Notes under the pieces: generated by a model
The model's input: the letters and a program-made list of their open reading frames with translations, nothing else
Told to the model about the DNA's origin: nothing
Database searches by the model: none
Program-made: the position numbers and the translations under genes
Assembly (NCBI GenBank): GCA_965220745.1
Contig: CBDCQT010000005.1
Span: 288,001 to 352,000 of the forward strand
Reading direction: 5' to 3'
DNA length: 64,000 bases
Origin: Alphaproteobacteria bacterium
GTDB lineage: Bacteria; Pseudomonadota; Alphaproteobacteria; UBA828
In this document: one piece after another, positions 46,709-56,390 of the stretch
Numbering within the stretch: position 1 is the stretch's first letter
How the letters are laid out: every line of letters starts with the position of its first letter

Positions 46709-47359
46709 GTGGACGACAGCCAGCCCGCGCCGCTTGCCGGCGCCGATGACGACACGACCCAGGGCGCGGTCGCGCGACCGACGAGGGACGAGGCCGAGCA
46801 GGCGGTGCGCGTCCTGCTCCGCTGGGCCGGCGATGACCCCGAGCGCGAGGGGCTGCTCGATACGCCCAAGCGGGTCGCGCGCGCCTACGAGGAGTATTTC
46901 CGGGGCTACAGCCAGGACCCTTATGCGATCCTGCGCCGCACTTTCGAGGAGACCAACGGCTACGACGAGATGGTCGTTCTCCGCGACATCGATTTCCGCT
47001 CGCACTGCGAGCACCACGTCGCGCCGATCGTCGGCCGCGCCCACATCGGTTACTTGCCGGACCACCGCGTAATTGGCATCAGCAAGCTCGCGCGCGTGGT
47101 CGACGTCTACGCCCGCCGCCTGCAGATTCAGGAGAAGCTGACCGCCGAGATCGCCGACGCGATCGAGACGGTCCTGCAACCGCGCGGCGTCGGAGTCGTG
47201 ATCGAGGCCGCGCACCACTGCATGACGACCCGAGGCGTGGCCAAGGAGGGAGTCCTCATGGTGACGAGCCGGATGCTCGGCACGTTTCGTACGGATCCGA
47301 AGACCCGCCGTGAGTTTCTCAGCATGATCGGGAACCCGGCGTCCTCGGTGCCGCGCTAG
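46709..47359 (+). CDS. folE: GTP cyclohydrolase I
   Basis: '[11 protein letters not shown]', 'SHCEHH', 'GISKLARVV...RRLQIQE', 'HHCMTTRG'. Confidence 0.96.
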   Translation: MDDSQPAPLAGADDDTTQGAVARPTRDEAEQAVRVLLRWAGDDPEREGLLDTPKRVARAYEEYFRGYSQDPYAILRRTFEETNGYDEMVVLRDIDFRSHCEHHVAPIVGRAHIGYLPDHRVIGISKLARVVDVYARRLQIQEKLTAEIADAIETVLQPRGVGVVIEAAHHCMTTRGVAKEGVLMVTSRMLGTFRTDPKTRREFLSMIGNPASSVPR

Positions 47360-47413
47360 GACGCCCGGCCCGGCTGAGCCGCCGGGCAGCCGCCAGGGCT
47401 CACGAGCCGCCCG

Positions 47414-48871
47414 ATGGGCTCCGTCAGGGACTTCCGGCCGGTTCTCTTCGTGGTCGGCATTCTGCTGATCACGCTGTCGCTGGCGATGGCATTGCCGGCC
47501 ATCGCCGACGCAGTGACAGGCAATCCCCACTGGCGGGTCTTTCTCGCCGCGAGCGTCTTCACGCTCTTCATCGGCACCTGCCTGGTGCTCTCCAACAGGA
47601 TGCGGGAGCCGCGGCTGACGGTGCGTCAGGCCTTCGTGCTCACCACCTTGAGCTGGGTTATCGTGGCCGCCTTCGCCGCGCTGCCGTTCGCCTTCTCCGA
47701 CCTCAACCTGAGCTACACCGACGGCTATTTCGAGGCGATGTCGGGGCTCACCACGACCGGGTCCACGGTCATCGTCGGGCTCGACGATGCGCCGGCCGGC
47801 ATTCTGCTGTGGCGCGCGCTGCTGCAGTGGCTCGGCGGCATCGGCATCATCGTCACGGCCATCGCGATCCTGCCGATGCTGCGGGTCGGCGGCATGCAGC
47901 TCTTCCACACGGAATCCTCGGACAGCTCCGAGAAGGTGCTGCCCCGCGCCGCCCAGCTCGCCGGAGCCATCGGCATGGTGTACCTCGGGCTCACGATCAG
48001 CAACGGAATCGCCTACTGGGCCGCCGGCATGACGCCGTTCGAGGCGGTGTGCCACGCGATGACGACCATCGCCACCGGCGGCTTCTCGACTTCGGACGCC
48101 TCGCTCGGCCACTTCAACAACGACGCCATTGAGGGCATCGCCACCGTCTACATGGTGCTGGGCTCGCTCCCCTTCGTACTCTACTTGCAGGCTGTGCGCG
48201 GCGGTTGGGGGGCGCTCGCGCGCGACACGCAGGTGCGCTGGTTTTTCGGGCTGATTCTGTTCGCACTGCTCTCGCTCGCGGGCTGGCTGATGGCGGCCAA
48301 CGACGCCGCGCCGACCGATGCGTTTCGCGAAGCGGCCTTCAACGGCATCTCGATACTGACGGGCACAGGCTATTCCACCGCCGACTTCTCCGCCTGGGGC
48401 ACCTTCGCGCTTCCCGTCTTTACGCTCCTCATGTTTATCGGCGGTTGTACCGGCTCGACCACGGGCGGGGTGAAGGTCTTCCGAATTCAGGTTCTCGCGT
48501 CCACGTCCTTGTCGCAGATCCGCCAGCTCATCCAGCCGCACGGCGTCTTCATCAGCAAGTTCAACCGGCGGCCGATTCCGGAAAGCGTGTCGCCGGCGGT
48601 GATGGGGTTCTTCTTCCTGTTCATGGTCAGCTTCGGGCTGATCGCCATGGGGCTCGCGCTGATGGACCTCGACTACGTGACCAGCATCAGCGGCGCGGCC
48701 ACGGCCATCGCCAATGTCGGCCCCGGCCTGGGCGAGACCATCGGCCCTGCCGGCTCCTTCCAGCCCCTGCCGGAGCCGGCGAAGTGGCTGCTGTCGGCCG
48801 CCATGCTGCTCGGCCGGCTCGAGTTGTTCACAGTGCTGGTGCTGTTCGTGCCCCGCTTCTGGCGGGACTAG
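47414..48871 (+). CDS. trkH: Trk potassium uptake membrane protein
   Basis: 'FEAMSGLTTTGST', 'LQWLGGIGII', 'ATGGFST', 'GSTTGGVK', 'NVGPGLG', 'LGRLE'. Confidence 0.95.
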   Translation: MGSVRDFRPVLFVVGILLITLSLAMALPAIADAVTGNPHWRVFLAASVFTLFIGTCLVLSNRMREPRLTVRQAFVLTTLSWVIVAAFAALPFAFSDLNLSYTDGYFEAMSGLTTTGSTVIVGLDDAPAGILLWRALLQWLGGIGIIVTAIAILPMLRVGGMQLFHTESSDSSEKVLPRAAQLAGAIGMVYLGLTISNGIAYWAAGMTPFEAVCHAMTTIATGGFSTSDASLGHFNNDAIEGIATVYMVLGSLPFVLYLQAVRGGWGALARDTQVRWFFGLILFALLSLAGWLMAANDAAPTDAFREAAFNGISILTGTGYSTADFSAWGTFALPVFTLLMFIGGCTGSTTGGVKVFRIQVLASTSLSQIRQLIQPHGVFISKFNRRPIPESVSPAVMGFFFLFMVSFGLIAMGLALMDLDYVTSISGAATAIANVGPGLGETIGPAGSFQPLPEPAKWLLSAAMLLGRLELFTVLVLFVPRFWRD

Positions 48872-48895
48872 GCAGGTCTGGAGCCCATGTGCTCG

Positions 48896-49036
48896 GAGCG
48901 AGTCCGTCCTCGACGGACTCGCGACAGGCCGCGACCGCGGCCCGCCGCGAAAGCGGCGCCCTCGCGGAGGCGCCGGCCGTCGCGCCCGTAGGCGCGCGAG
49001 ATCGCGCGACGGCCGGCTGCCGTGAGCGATAAAGAC
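48896..49036 (-). repeat. Structured dispersed repeat, copy 4 (inverted)
   Basis: Reverse complement reads TTTATCGCTCACGGCAGCCGGCC...GCGAGTCCGTC-GAG-GACGGACTCGC; contains a branched insert in its GCCGGCC stem. Confidence 0.85.
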
Positions 49037-49789
49037 TTACCCCTTTTCCGCCAGCATGCCGCCGTCGACCGGCAGCACGTGGCCGGTGACGAAGCTCGCC
49101 TTGTCCGAGAGCAGCCAGACCACCGCGTCGGCGACCTCCCCGGGCCGGCCGATCCGCCCCATCGGCACGCGGCCCGAGGCATTGGTGGGGTCGTTGTTCC
49201 AGCCACGCAGGAGGAGGGGGGTCAGAATCGGCCCCGGTGCCACCGCGTTCACCCGGATGCCGTCCTTGGCATAATCGAGTGCTGCTGCCCTGGTCATGCC
49301 GGAGACCGCGTGCTTTGCGGTCATGTAGGGCGACCAGAGCGGATAGGCCGCCAAGCCCCACATGGAGCCCGCGTTGACGATGGAGCCGCCGCCCGACTCC
49401 AGCATCGCCGGAATCTCCGCCTGCATGCAGAGATAGACGCCCTCGATCATGACCGCGAAGACGTGCTGCACCGCGGCCATGTCTTGCTCTGCCAGCAACG
49501 CCTGGGGGCCTTCGATGCCGGCGTTGTTGTAGGCGAGGTCGAGCCGGCCGAACTCACTGAGCGCCCGGTCGATGAGAGCCTCGACCTGGCCCGCCTCGGC
49601 CACGTCCACGCGCATGAAGGCGGCTTTGCCGCCCGCGTCGCGAACCTTTGCCGCCACGGCCTCGCCGCCTTCCTCGTCAATGTCGGAGACCAGCACCGCA
49701 GCTCCCTCGGCAGCGAGTGCCACCACCGTCGCCTGCCCGATGCCCGAGCCGCCGCCGGTTACGATCGCCACGCGTCCGTCGAATAGCAT
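49037..49789 (-). CDS. SDR family oxidoreductase
   Basis: 'TGGGSGIG', 'NNAG', 'YMTAKH', 'NAVAPG'. Confidence 0.9.
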   Translation of the reverse strand: MLFDGRVAIVTGGGSGIGQATVVALAAEGAAVLVSDIDEEGGEAVAAKVRDAGGKAAFMRVDVAEAGQVEALIDRALSEFGRLDLAYNNAGIEGPQALLAEQDMAAVQHVFAVMIEGVYLCMQAEIPAMLESGGGSIVNAGSMWGLAAYPLWSPYMTAKHAVSGMTRAAALDYAKDGIRVNAVAPGPILTPLLLRGWNNDPTNASGRVPMGRIGRPGEVADAVVWLLSDKASFVTGHVLPVDGGMLAEKG

Positions 49790-49817
49790 CGTTTCCTCCT
49801 CCTCCCAGAGACTCCAG

Positions 49818-50807
49818 TCAGTCTCCGGGATCGATGACCCGATCGGGCGGGTTGTGCCCGTCGGCAAAGGTCTGGATGTTGATCAACACCTTCTCGCCCA
49901 TGTCGCGGCGCCCCTCAATTGTGGCCGAGCCGATGTGCGGCAACGCCACCACGTTGTCGAGGGTGAGCAGCTTCGGCGAGACCACCGGCTCGTTCTCGTA
50001 CACGTCAAGCCCGGCGCCCGCGATCTTGCCGGCCTCCAGCAGCCGCACCAGGGCTGCCTCGTCGATGGCGTGGCCGCGCGATGTGTTAATGACATAGGCT
50101 TGCGGACGCAGCAGGCCGAGCCGACGCGCCGAGAGCAGGTGATAGGTCGCCGGTGTGCTCGGGCAGTGAATGGAGACGAAATCCATATGCGCCAGCATCT
50201 GGTCCAGACTCTGCCACCAGGTGGCGTCGAGCTCGGCTTCGGTCTCCTCGTCGAGGCGGTTCCGGTTGTGATAGTGGATCGCGAGCCCGAAGCCGCGCGC
50301 CCGGCGGGCGACCGCCTGGCCGATCCGCCCCATGCCGATGATGCCGAGCCGCTTGCCCCAGATTCGATGGCCCAGCATGGTGGTCGGCGCCCAGCCCTGC
50401 CAGTCGCCGCCCCGCAGCAGGCGCTCGCCCTCGGAGAGCCGGCGCGGCACCGCGAGGATCAGCGCCATGGTCATGTCCGCCGTGTCCTCGGTCAGCACGC
50501 CGGGCGTGTTGGTCACCAGTATGCCGCGCTTCCCCGCCGCAGCGAGGTCGATGTGATCGACGCCGGTGCCGAAGCTCGCGATCAGCTTCAGGTCAGGGCC
50601 GGACTGGCCGATCAGGTCGCCGTCGATGGTATCCGTCACGGTCGGCACGAGCACGTCAGCCTCTGCCACAGCCTTCGCCATGGCCTCGCGGTCGAGCGGC
50701 CAATCGTCCTCGTTGAGTCGGGTGTCGAAAAGCTCCATCATGCGCGCCTCGATCTCCCGGGGGAGACGCCGCGTCACGATCACCTTGAGCTTTCTGCCAG
50801 GTCTCAT
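49818..50807 (-). CDS. D-isomer-specific 2-hydroxyacid dehydrogenase (glyoxylate/hydroxypyruvate reductase-like)
   Basis: 'NTPGVLTEDTAD', 'GIIGMGRIG', 'INTSRG', 'AGLDVYENEP', 'LPHIGSAT'. Confidence 0.92.
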   Translation of the reverse strand: MRPGRKLKVIVTRRLPREIEARMMELFDTRLNEDDWPLDREAMAKAVAEADVLVPTVTDTIDGDLIGQSGPDLKLIASFGTGVDHIDLAAAGKRGILVTNTPGVLTEDTADMTMALILAVPRRLSEGERLLRGGDWQGWAPTTMLGHRIWGKRLGIIGMGRIGQAVARRARGFGLAIHYHNRNRLDEETEAELDATWWQSLDQMLAHMDFVSIHCPSTPATYHLLSARRLGLLRPQAYVINTSRGHAIDEAALVRLLEAGKIAGAGLDVYENEPVVSPKLLTLDNVVALPHIGSATIEGRRDMGEKVLINIQTFADGHNPPDRVIDPGD

Positions 50808-50913
50808 CGACCCTCCGCGCGCGGCTCGGTGGGCGCGATCCGAGCGCAACCGGCAGCCTGTTTAGCAAACGCCCCATGGCGACTCAAACCGCAGGGCGGG
50901 ATTCGGCGCCCGC

Positions 50914-51478
50914 CATGAGTGCTGACCGAAGCCGCCGCCGCGGGCAATGCGCGCCGCAGCACACCCTTCGCACGCCTGCGCGCCTCTTTGCGGCCGGCCG
51001 TGCGCTCGCGCTGGCGGCGGCGCTCGCGGCTATGGTCACCGCCGTCGCCGCGGCTCTTGGGCCGCAAGTCCGCGCCCAGGAGGGTCCGCGCTTCGTCTCG
51101 CTGAAGGCGGAGGTCGCCAACCTTAGGGTCGGCCCCGGCCGGCGCTATCCCATCGAGTGGGTCTACCAGCGGCGCGGCCTGCCGCTGCTGGTGGTCGCGC
51201 ACTTCGATCAGTGGCGCTGGGTGCTCGACCACGAGGGGACGAAGGGCTGGATGCACAAGTCGCTGCTCTCGACCCACCGCACAGTCGTCATCATGAACGG
51301 GGTGCAGACCATCCGGGAGCGTCCGTTGACCGGCTCGCCGGCAGTCCTGCGGGCCGAAGCCGGGGTCATCGCCGATCTGCTCGGTTGCGAGGACGGCTGG
51401 TGCCGCATCGGGCTGGCCGGCGAGGAAGGCTGGCTGCCTGAAAGCGCCCTCTGGGGTGTCAAGCCGCCTGCGCAGTAA
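50914..51478 (+). CDS. Tandem bacterial SH3-domain exported protein
   Basis: 'PRFVSLK...NLRVGPG..YPIEWVY', 'GWMHKSLLS', 'GWLP..ALWGV'; start uncertain (ORF opens at 50876). Confidence 0.82.
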
Positions 51479-51639
51479 CCCGGAATTTTCGCCAGAATCA
51501 CGGCCCTCGCCCCGACCGTGTGCTGCGCGTCGCGCGGAAACCGGGCGCGGGCGCGAAATCATGATCGCGCAAGCCCGCGCGCGACGACTTGGACCTCGCG
51601 CGCCGTCGCCGCGACGTCCCGCGAGACAAGTACAGAATG

Positions 51640-51881
51640 TTTTTCCGGGATACGCCGGGATTAAGCTGGATAAGTGTGATTCCATATCGCTCGCGTCTGA
51701 AGGGCGTCGCGGGTGCATGCGCAGGGTAGCGCTCGTGGAGAGGCCGGGCCTCGGATTCCATTCCCGAACCTCACGCGATGTTGGGCCGACGCGCATGTCC
51801 TTCGCCGCAGCCACTTTCCCACACCATCATGGCGCGAACCTGAAGCACACGCTCCACCCTGTGCACCGCACCATGGTCCGG
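51640..51881 (-). repeat. Second dispersed element, copy B
   Basis: Reverse complement of the 33236 head with identical 23-nt spacing; periodic ATCCC-type tail. Confidence 0.55.
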
Positions 51882-52674
51882 TGAGTTAGGTCAGGGAGGG
51901 GCTCGGACGCAGATTGGGGCTTCAGTGATGTCTAGCCTGGGATGTATCTCTGCTTCAAAGGCATCAACACCTTATACTGAGAGTCGAATGCCTCATAGGA
52001 TTCATAAATCAGTTCAATGAGCTCGTCTCTGTCGATCAGGCGCAGATTTGGCTTCGACCCCTCAAATGTTCGCGCGTTATTGCTATAGCTTCCAAGAGAT
52101 ATAAATAGGCCGTGCTCACCATCTTCTATCGCCCCGTGAAGTTCCTGAACTTTTGGTTGACCGATTTGATCCAACGTCTGTTTACATTGGACCTTGATGA
52201 TCGGAGGTTCGAATCCAAGCTGATCCTTGTGAGCAATCACGTCGATGCCGCCATCAGAAGATTGTCGGGTCACTCTCGCGCGATAACCCATGCACTGCAA
52301 TAGATGTGCGACAAAACACTCGAAGTCGCGTGGGGTCATTTTGTTCTTGAGTCGATTTATAATAAAGTCTTCAGTAGACTCTTCGAGTTGAGTGGAAACT
52401 TCCTCTACAGTATCATCGTCGAAGTCCTCCACTCGTGTCGGCGTGCTGCCTATCGCCGCTCGGAACTCTTCGGCGTGGGTTGTAATCTGGAATAGCGTAA
52501 TGGCGGAGCCGATCTCGTAGAGTGCGGATTGGGAAAAGCTACTCCGAGGAAGACCCTTGCCCCACGTGACGCTTCGTCTGTGCGGGTATTGGTTGACTTT
52601 GTCCGCCTGGTATCTGTATTCGGTAGACACCTTTCCGAAATAAATTCGCCGATCTGCTTTAGACGGGTAAACGA

Positions 52675-53733
52675 TAGAGCATTTTTCGACCTTATAGAAT
52701 CTTTAGAATTTTCAATTGCTTGTAGATGTGATTCAAGATGCAGGCTGGTGAAGGAGGCCAGCCTGCATGACGCGACCTCTTTCGAATGATCTACGTCGTC
52801 GGGTGGTGACGGCGGTGGTCGATGGCGGCATGTCCCGGCGGAGCGCGGCGAGACGCTTCGGCATCGCGCCGTCGACGGCGATCAAGTGGGTCAGCGCCTG
52901 GCGCCGCACGGGCAGCTGGCGGCCGAGAGCGCAGGGCGGCGACAGACGCTCGCAGCGGATCGAGGCACGGGCCGAGGTGGTGCTTGCGCTCCTGGACGAG
53001 ACCCCGGACATGACCTTGGCGGAGATCGCCGCCCACCTGGAGGACGAGCACGGCCTGCGGGTCTCCCAGAGCGCGGTGTGGCGCTTCTTTCACCGCCGCG
53101 GCATCACCTTCAAAAAAAACCGCGCACGCCAGCGAGCAGCAACGCGCTGACGTGCTCAGGCGCAGGCGCGCCTGGGTCGAAGCCCAGCCCGATCTCGACC
53201 CTGAGAAGCTCGTCTTCGTCGATGAAACAGGCGCGTCCACCAAGATGGCGAGACGCTCGGGCCGGGCTCCGCGCGGACAGAGGTGCCGCGCCCCTGTGCC
53301 CCATGGCCACTGGAAGACCACAACCTTCGTCGGTGCCCTCAGGCTGAGCGGGATGACCGCTCCCATGGTGCTCGACGGCGCCATGCATGGCGCCGCCTTC
53401 CTCGCCTACGTAGACCAAGTGCTGGTGCCCACGCTCAAGCCCGGCGACATCGTGGTGATGGACAACCTTGCCTGCCACCGCAGCAGCGCTGTCCGCGACG
53501 CCATTCACCAGGCCGGGGCCGAGCTCCACTTCCTGCCGCCCTACAGCCCCGACCTCAACCCGATCGAGATGGCCTTCTCCAAGTTCAAGGCCTACCTCAA
53601 GCGACGCGCCGCCCGCACCGTCCCGGAACTCTGGGACGCCATCGGCGAAGCCACAGACAACTTCACACCCGCCGAATGCCAAAACTACTTCGCTGCTGCA
53701 GGATATGACCGCGTATGATCGGAACCTGCTCTA
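52675..53733 (+). mobile_element. IS630-family insertion sequence (coordinates include both flanking TAs)
   Basis: TA duplication; imperfect TIRs TAGAGCATTTTTCGA / TAGAGCAGGTTCCGA; two-ORF transposase. Confidence 0.93.
52767..53718 (+). CDS. IS630 transposase (HTH ORF 52767-53150 plus DDE ORF, joined by a frameshift at A8 53112-53119)
   Basis: '[14 protein letters not shown]', 'LVFVDETG', 'VVMDNL..H', '[12 protein letters not shown]'. Confidence 0.92.
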
Positions 53734-54058
53734 GTGTCGCCAATGTCGATTTCGCAGGCGAACCGATAGAGCACACCTGCCTTGACGGGTATGGCGCCCG
53801 GCTTCACATCCGGAAAGACTTCGGAAAATCGCGTCTTGAATGCTTCACGAGTGGGTGAAAGAATAGATAAGTCACCCATTTTGTCCCAACCAACACCTAC
53901 GAACTTCCCTTCGAGAGGCGCTGCCGCATCGATCTGGGCCATATGCAAGCCCCACATGGCGTCACTCATCTCGCCTTTCCCTCGTCATACTCGCGCCAGA
54001 CTTCAAAGCGGGGACGAGTGCCCGATGTCAGCACGTTGTTGATGCCAAGCCTCATGCC

Positions 54059-54667
54059 CTAGCCCCTGCCGCCGTCCAGGTCTTCGGCCAGGGCGGCGCG
54101 GGTCTCCTCCGGCATGACGGCGAGGTGCCCGTACGCCGGGTGCTCGACGCCGAGCAGGACGCGGGCGCTTGGCGTGCGGAACGCCGCGGCCTCCGCCGGC
54201 TGGAAGGGGAAGCGGAGGAAATGGATCGAGGAGGTCTTGCCGTCCTCGCTGGTCCGCGCCACCTCGTCCTCGATCGGCCGGGCGGCGACGGCGGCCCCGT
54301 CGACCTCCAGCCTGATGGTGTCCTCGATCCCGGCCAGCCGATAGAGCTCGCGCTCCCGGCGTGCCGGGTCGTCGATCTCCAACATGAGCGTTGCGATCAG
54401 GGCGTCGCCCGGTGGAATGAGGGGGTTGTAGGCCTCCAGCTCGCCCGTTATCTGCTCCTCCCCGCCGCGCTCGATGTGGAGCATCTCGTGGACCTGCATC
54501 CACATGGTCTCGAAGCACTCGAAATGGAAGGTGGCGAAGGGGCCGACGGCGAGCCTGCGGTTGCGCTTCAGCGCCGTGACCGTGGCGCGGCATTCCTTCC
54601 GGACCTTCGCGTAGTCCGCCATGTCCATGATGTCGGCGCGTGTGAGCGCGCGGCGCGGCTGGCTCAT
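54059..54667 (-). CDS. DUF3501 family protein
   Basis: 'RRLAVGPFATFHFE', 'QVHEMLHIERGG', 'EAYNPLIP', 'TSSIHFLRF'. Confidence 0.85.
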   Translation of the reverse strand: MSQPRRALTRADIMDMADYAKVRKECRATVTALKRNRRLAVGPFATFHFECFETMWMQVHEMLHIERGGEEQITGELEAYNPLIPPGDALIATLMLEIDDPARRERELYRLAGIEDTIRLEVDGAAVAARPIEDEVARTSEDGKTSSIHFLRFPFQPAEAAAFRTPSARVLLGVEHPAYGHLAVMPEETRAALAEDLDGGRG

Positions 54668-54671
54668 GGTC

Positions 54672-56030
54672 TCAGGCCAGGCCGTAGGCGCGGGCCAGAA
54701 GCTCGATCGGGTGATGGGCGCGGCCCGCGGCAGGCGCGCCGGCGGCGGGATCGCCGTCCTTGGCCGCTTGGCGGGCCATCCCGTTCACGATGTGGGCGCC
54801 GGCGAGCGGGCATTCCGAAGCGAGATAGGGGTTTGCGGCCTCGCGTGCGCGGCGCGCGGTGGTGCGGCCGACCTTCAGCGCGGTCTCGTGGAAGCCCTTG
54901 GTGACGCCGATGGAGCCGCCGTGGCCGGAGCAGCGCTCGATGATGGAGACCTCGGTGTCCGGCACCAGCGCCAGCATGTCGGCGGACTTGCGCCCGACGT
55001 TCTGGGCCCGCTCGTGGCAAGGCAGGTGGAGCGTGATGCCGCCGTCGATGGGGGCAAGGCCTGGAGCCAGCCCGTCCGACCGGGAGATGCCGACGACGTA
55101 TTCGCATATGTCATAGCTGTGCTCGGCGAGCCGTTTGATCGCTGGGTCTTCCGGCAGGATCAGCGGCCATTCGAGCTTGAGCATGAGCGCGCAGCTCGCG
55201 ACCAGCCCGATCACGTCGTAGCCCTTGTCGATCCACTCGCCGAGCGCCCCCGCTACATGCCGCGCATTGTCAGCGACGCGCTCGATATCGCCTTCTTCCA
55301 GCTGCGGCATGCCGCAGCAGCGGGGATAGACCACCACTGTCTCGACCCCGTTGTGCGCCAGCACCTTGCGGGCCGCTGCGCCGACCTCGGGCTGGTTGTA
55401 GTTGGCGAAGCAGGTCGCGTAGATCACCGCCTTGCGCCCGTTCGCTGGCGCCTGCCGGTTGACCGCCGGCCCTCCCTTGGCCGCACGGTCGAGCATGGTG
55501 CGGCGGTGGTAGCGAGGCAGCGGCGCCTCCCTGTGGACCCCGGCGACCGCCTCCATCAACGGTCGGGTGAGGCGGTTGTCGCGGGCCGAGCCCCAGTTCA
55601 TGACCGGCGCGAAGGTGCGGGCGAGGCGGCCGTTTCGGTCGGTCTCCGCAAGCCGTTTGGACGCGGTGGTATGGCGCCGGCCTGCCCGGCGGTCGGCGGC
55701 GCGGTGGCGCAGCATGAGATGGGGAAAGTCGACGTCCCACTCGTGCGGCGGCGTGTAGGGGCACATGGTCATGAAGCACATGTCGCAGAGCGTGCAGGCG
55801 TCCACGACCGACTTGAAGCCTGACGAATCAACGGAATCGAGCTCGCCCGTCTCGGATTCGTCGATCAGGTCGAAGAGCCGCGGGAAGGAATCGCAAAGGC
55901 TGAAGCAGCGCCGGCAACCGTGGCAGATGTCGAAGACGCGGCGCGTCTCCCGCTCCAGGGCCGCGCTGTCGTAGAATTCGGAGTTTCGCCAGTCTATCGG
56001 ATGGCGGAAGGGCGCGCCCTCGTCGGCCAT
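54672..56030 (-). CDS. Fe-S oxidoreductase (GlpC/heterodisulfide-reductase-related, CCG domains)
   Basis: 'ICHGCRRCFSLC', 'CTLCDMCFMTMCPY.PPH', 'CCGMP', 'RCSGHGG', 'SECPLA'. Confidence 0.88.
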   Translation of the reverse strand: MADEGAPFRHPIDWRNSEFYDSAALERETRRVFDICHGCRRCFSLCDSFPRLFDLIDESETGELDSVDSSGFKSVVDACTLCDMCFMTMCPYTPPHEWDVDFPHLMLRHRAADRRAGRRHTTASKRLAETDRNGRLARTFAPVMNWGSARDNRLTRPLMEAVAGVHREAPLPRYHRRTMLDRAAKGGPAVNRQAPANGRKAVIYATCFANYNQPEVGAAARKVLAHNGVETVVVYPRCCGMPQLEEGDIERVADNARHVAGALGEWIDKGYDVIGLVASCALMLKLEWPLILPEDPAIKRLAEHSYDICEYVVGISRSDGLAPGLAPIDGGITLHLPCHERAQNVGRKSADMLALVPDTEVSIIERCSGHGGSIGVTKGFHETALKVGRTTARRAREAANPYLASECPLAGAHIVNGMARQAAKDGDPAAGAPAAGRAHHPIELLARAYGLA

Positions 56031-56043
56031 CGCGACGGCAGTG

Positions 56044-56256
56044 TTACCGGCACGAACCGCAGAGCCGGTTGCCCGGCCCCGCGCTATCGAAGAGGCGGCC
56101 GCAGCGCAGGCAGCGGCGTTGGCTCTCTTGCGCCTCCAGGCGATCGAGCTCCGCGAGTTCGTCGGAGAGCGAGATCATCCCCGGTCCGCGATCCACATTT
56201 CTGGCGGCTTCACGCCGCGCATCCCATTTGGTCCGTCGTTGAGGCGCGAGCGACAT
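56044..56256 (-). CDS. Small protein with C-terminal CxxC...CxxC zinc ribbon
   Basis: 'RRCLRCGRLFDSAGPGNRLCGSCR'; ends 13 bp before the Fe-S gene; start uncertain. Confidence 0.55.
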   Translation of the reverse strand: MSLAPQRRTKWDARREAARNVDRGPGMISLSDELAELDRLEAQESQRRCLRCGRLFDSAGPGNRLCGSCR

Positions 56257-56390
56257 CGTTTGGCGCGAGTTCCCTGGCAAGGTTGTCGGTGGGTAGTCCG
56301 GTAGGACCATTGTAGCGGAACTCGGCGCTCGATCTAAGCCAAATCTTCATATCGAACGCCCAAAATGGGCACCCCGGCCGGCCGCGGGGG

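Larger units (their letters stand above)
51932..53969 (-). pseudogene. mrr: Mrr-family restriction endonuclease interrupted by IS630
   Basis: N-terminal part 53969-53734 and C-terminal part 52676-51932 join in frame (…DIGDT-IVYPSKADRRIYFGKV…) when the IS and one TA are removed, giving 326 aa; 'DGGIDVIA', 'KVQCK' catalytic motif; lower GC. Confidence 0.88.
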
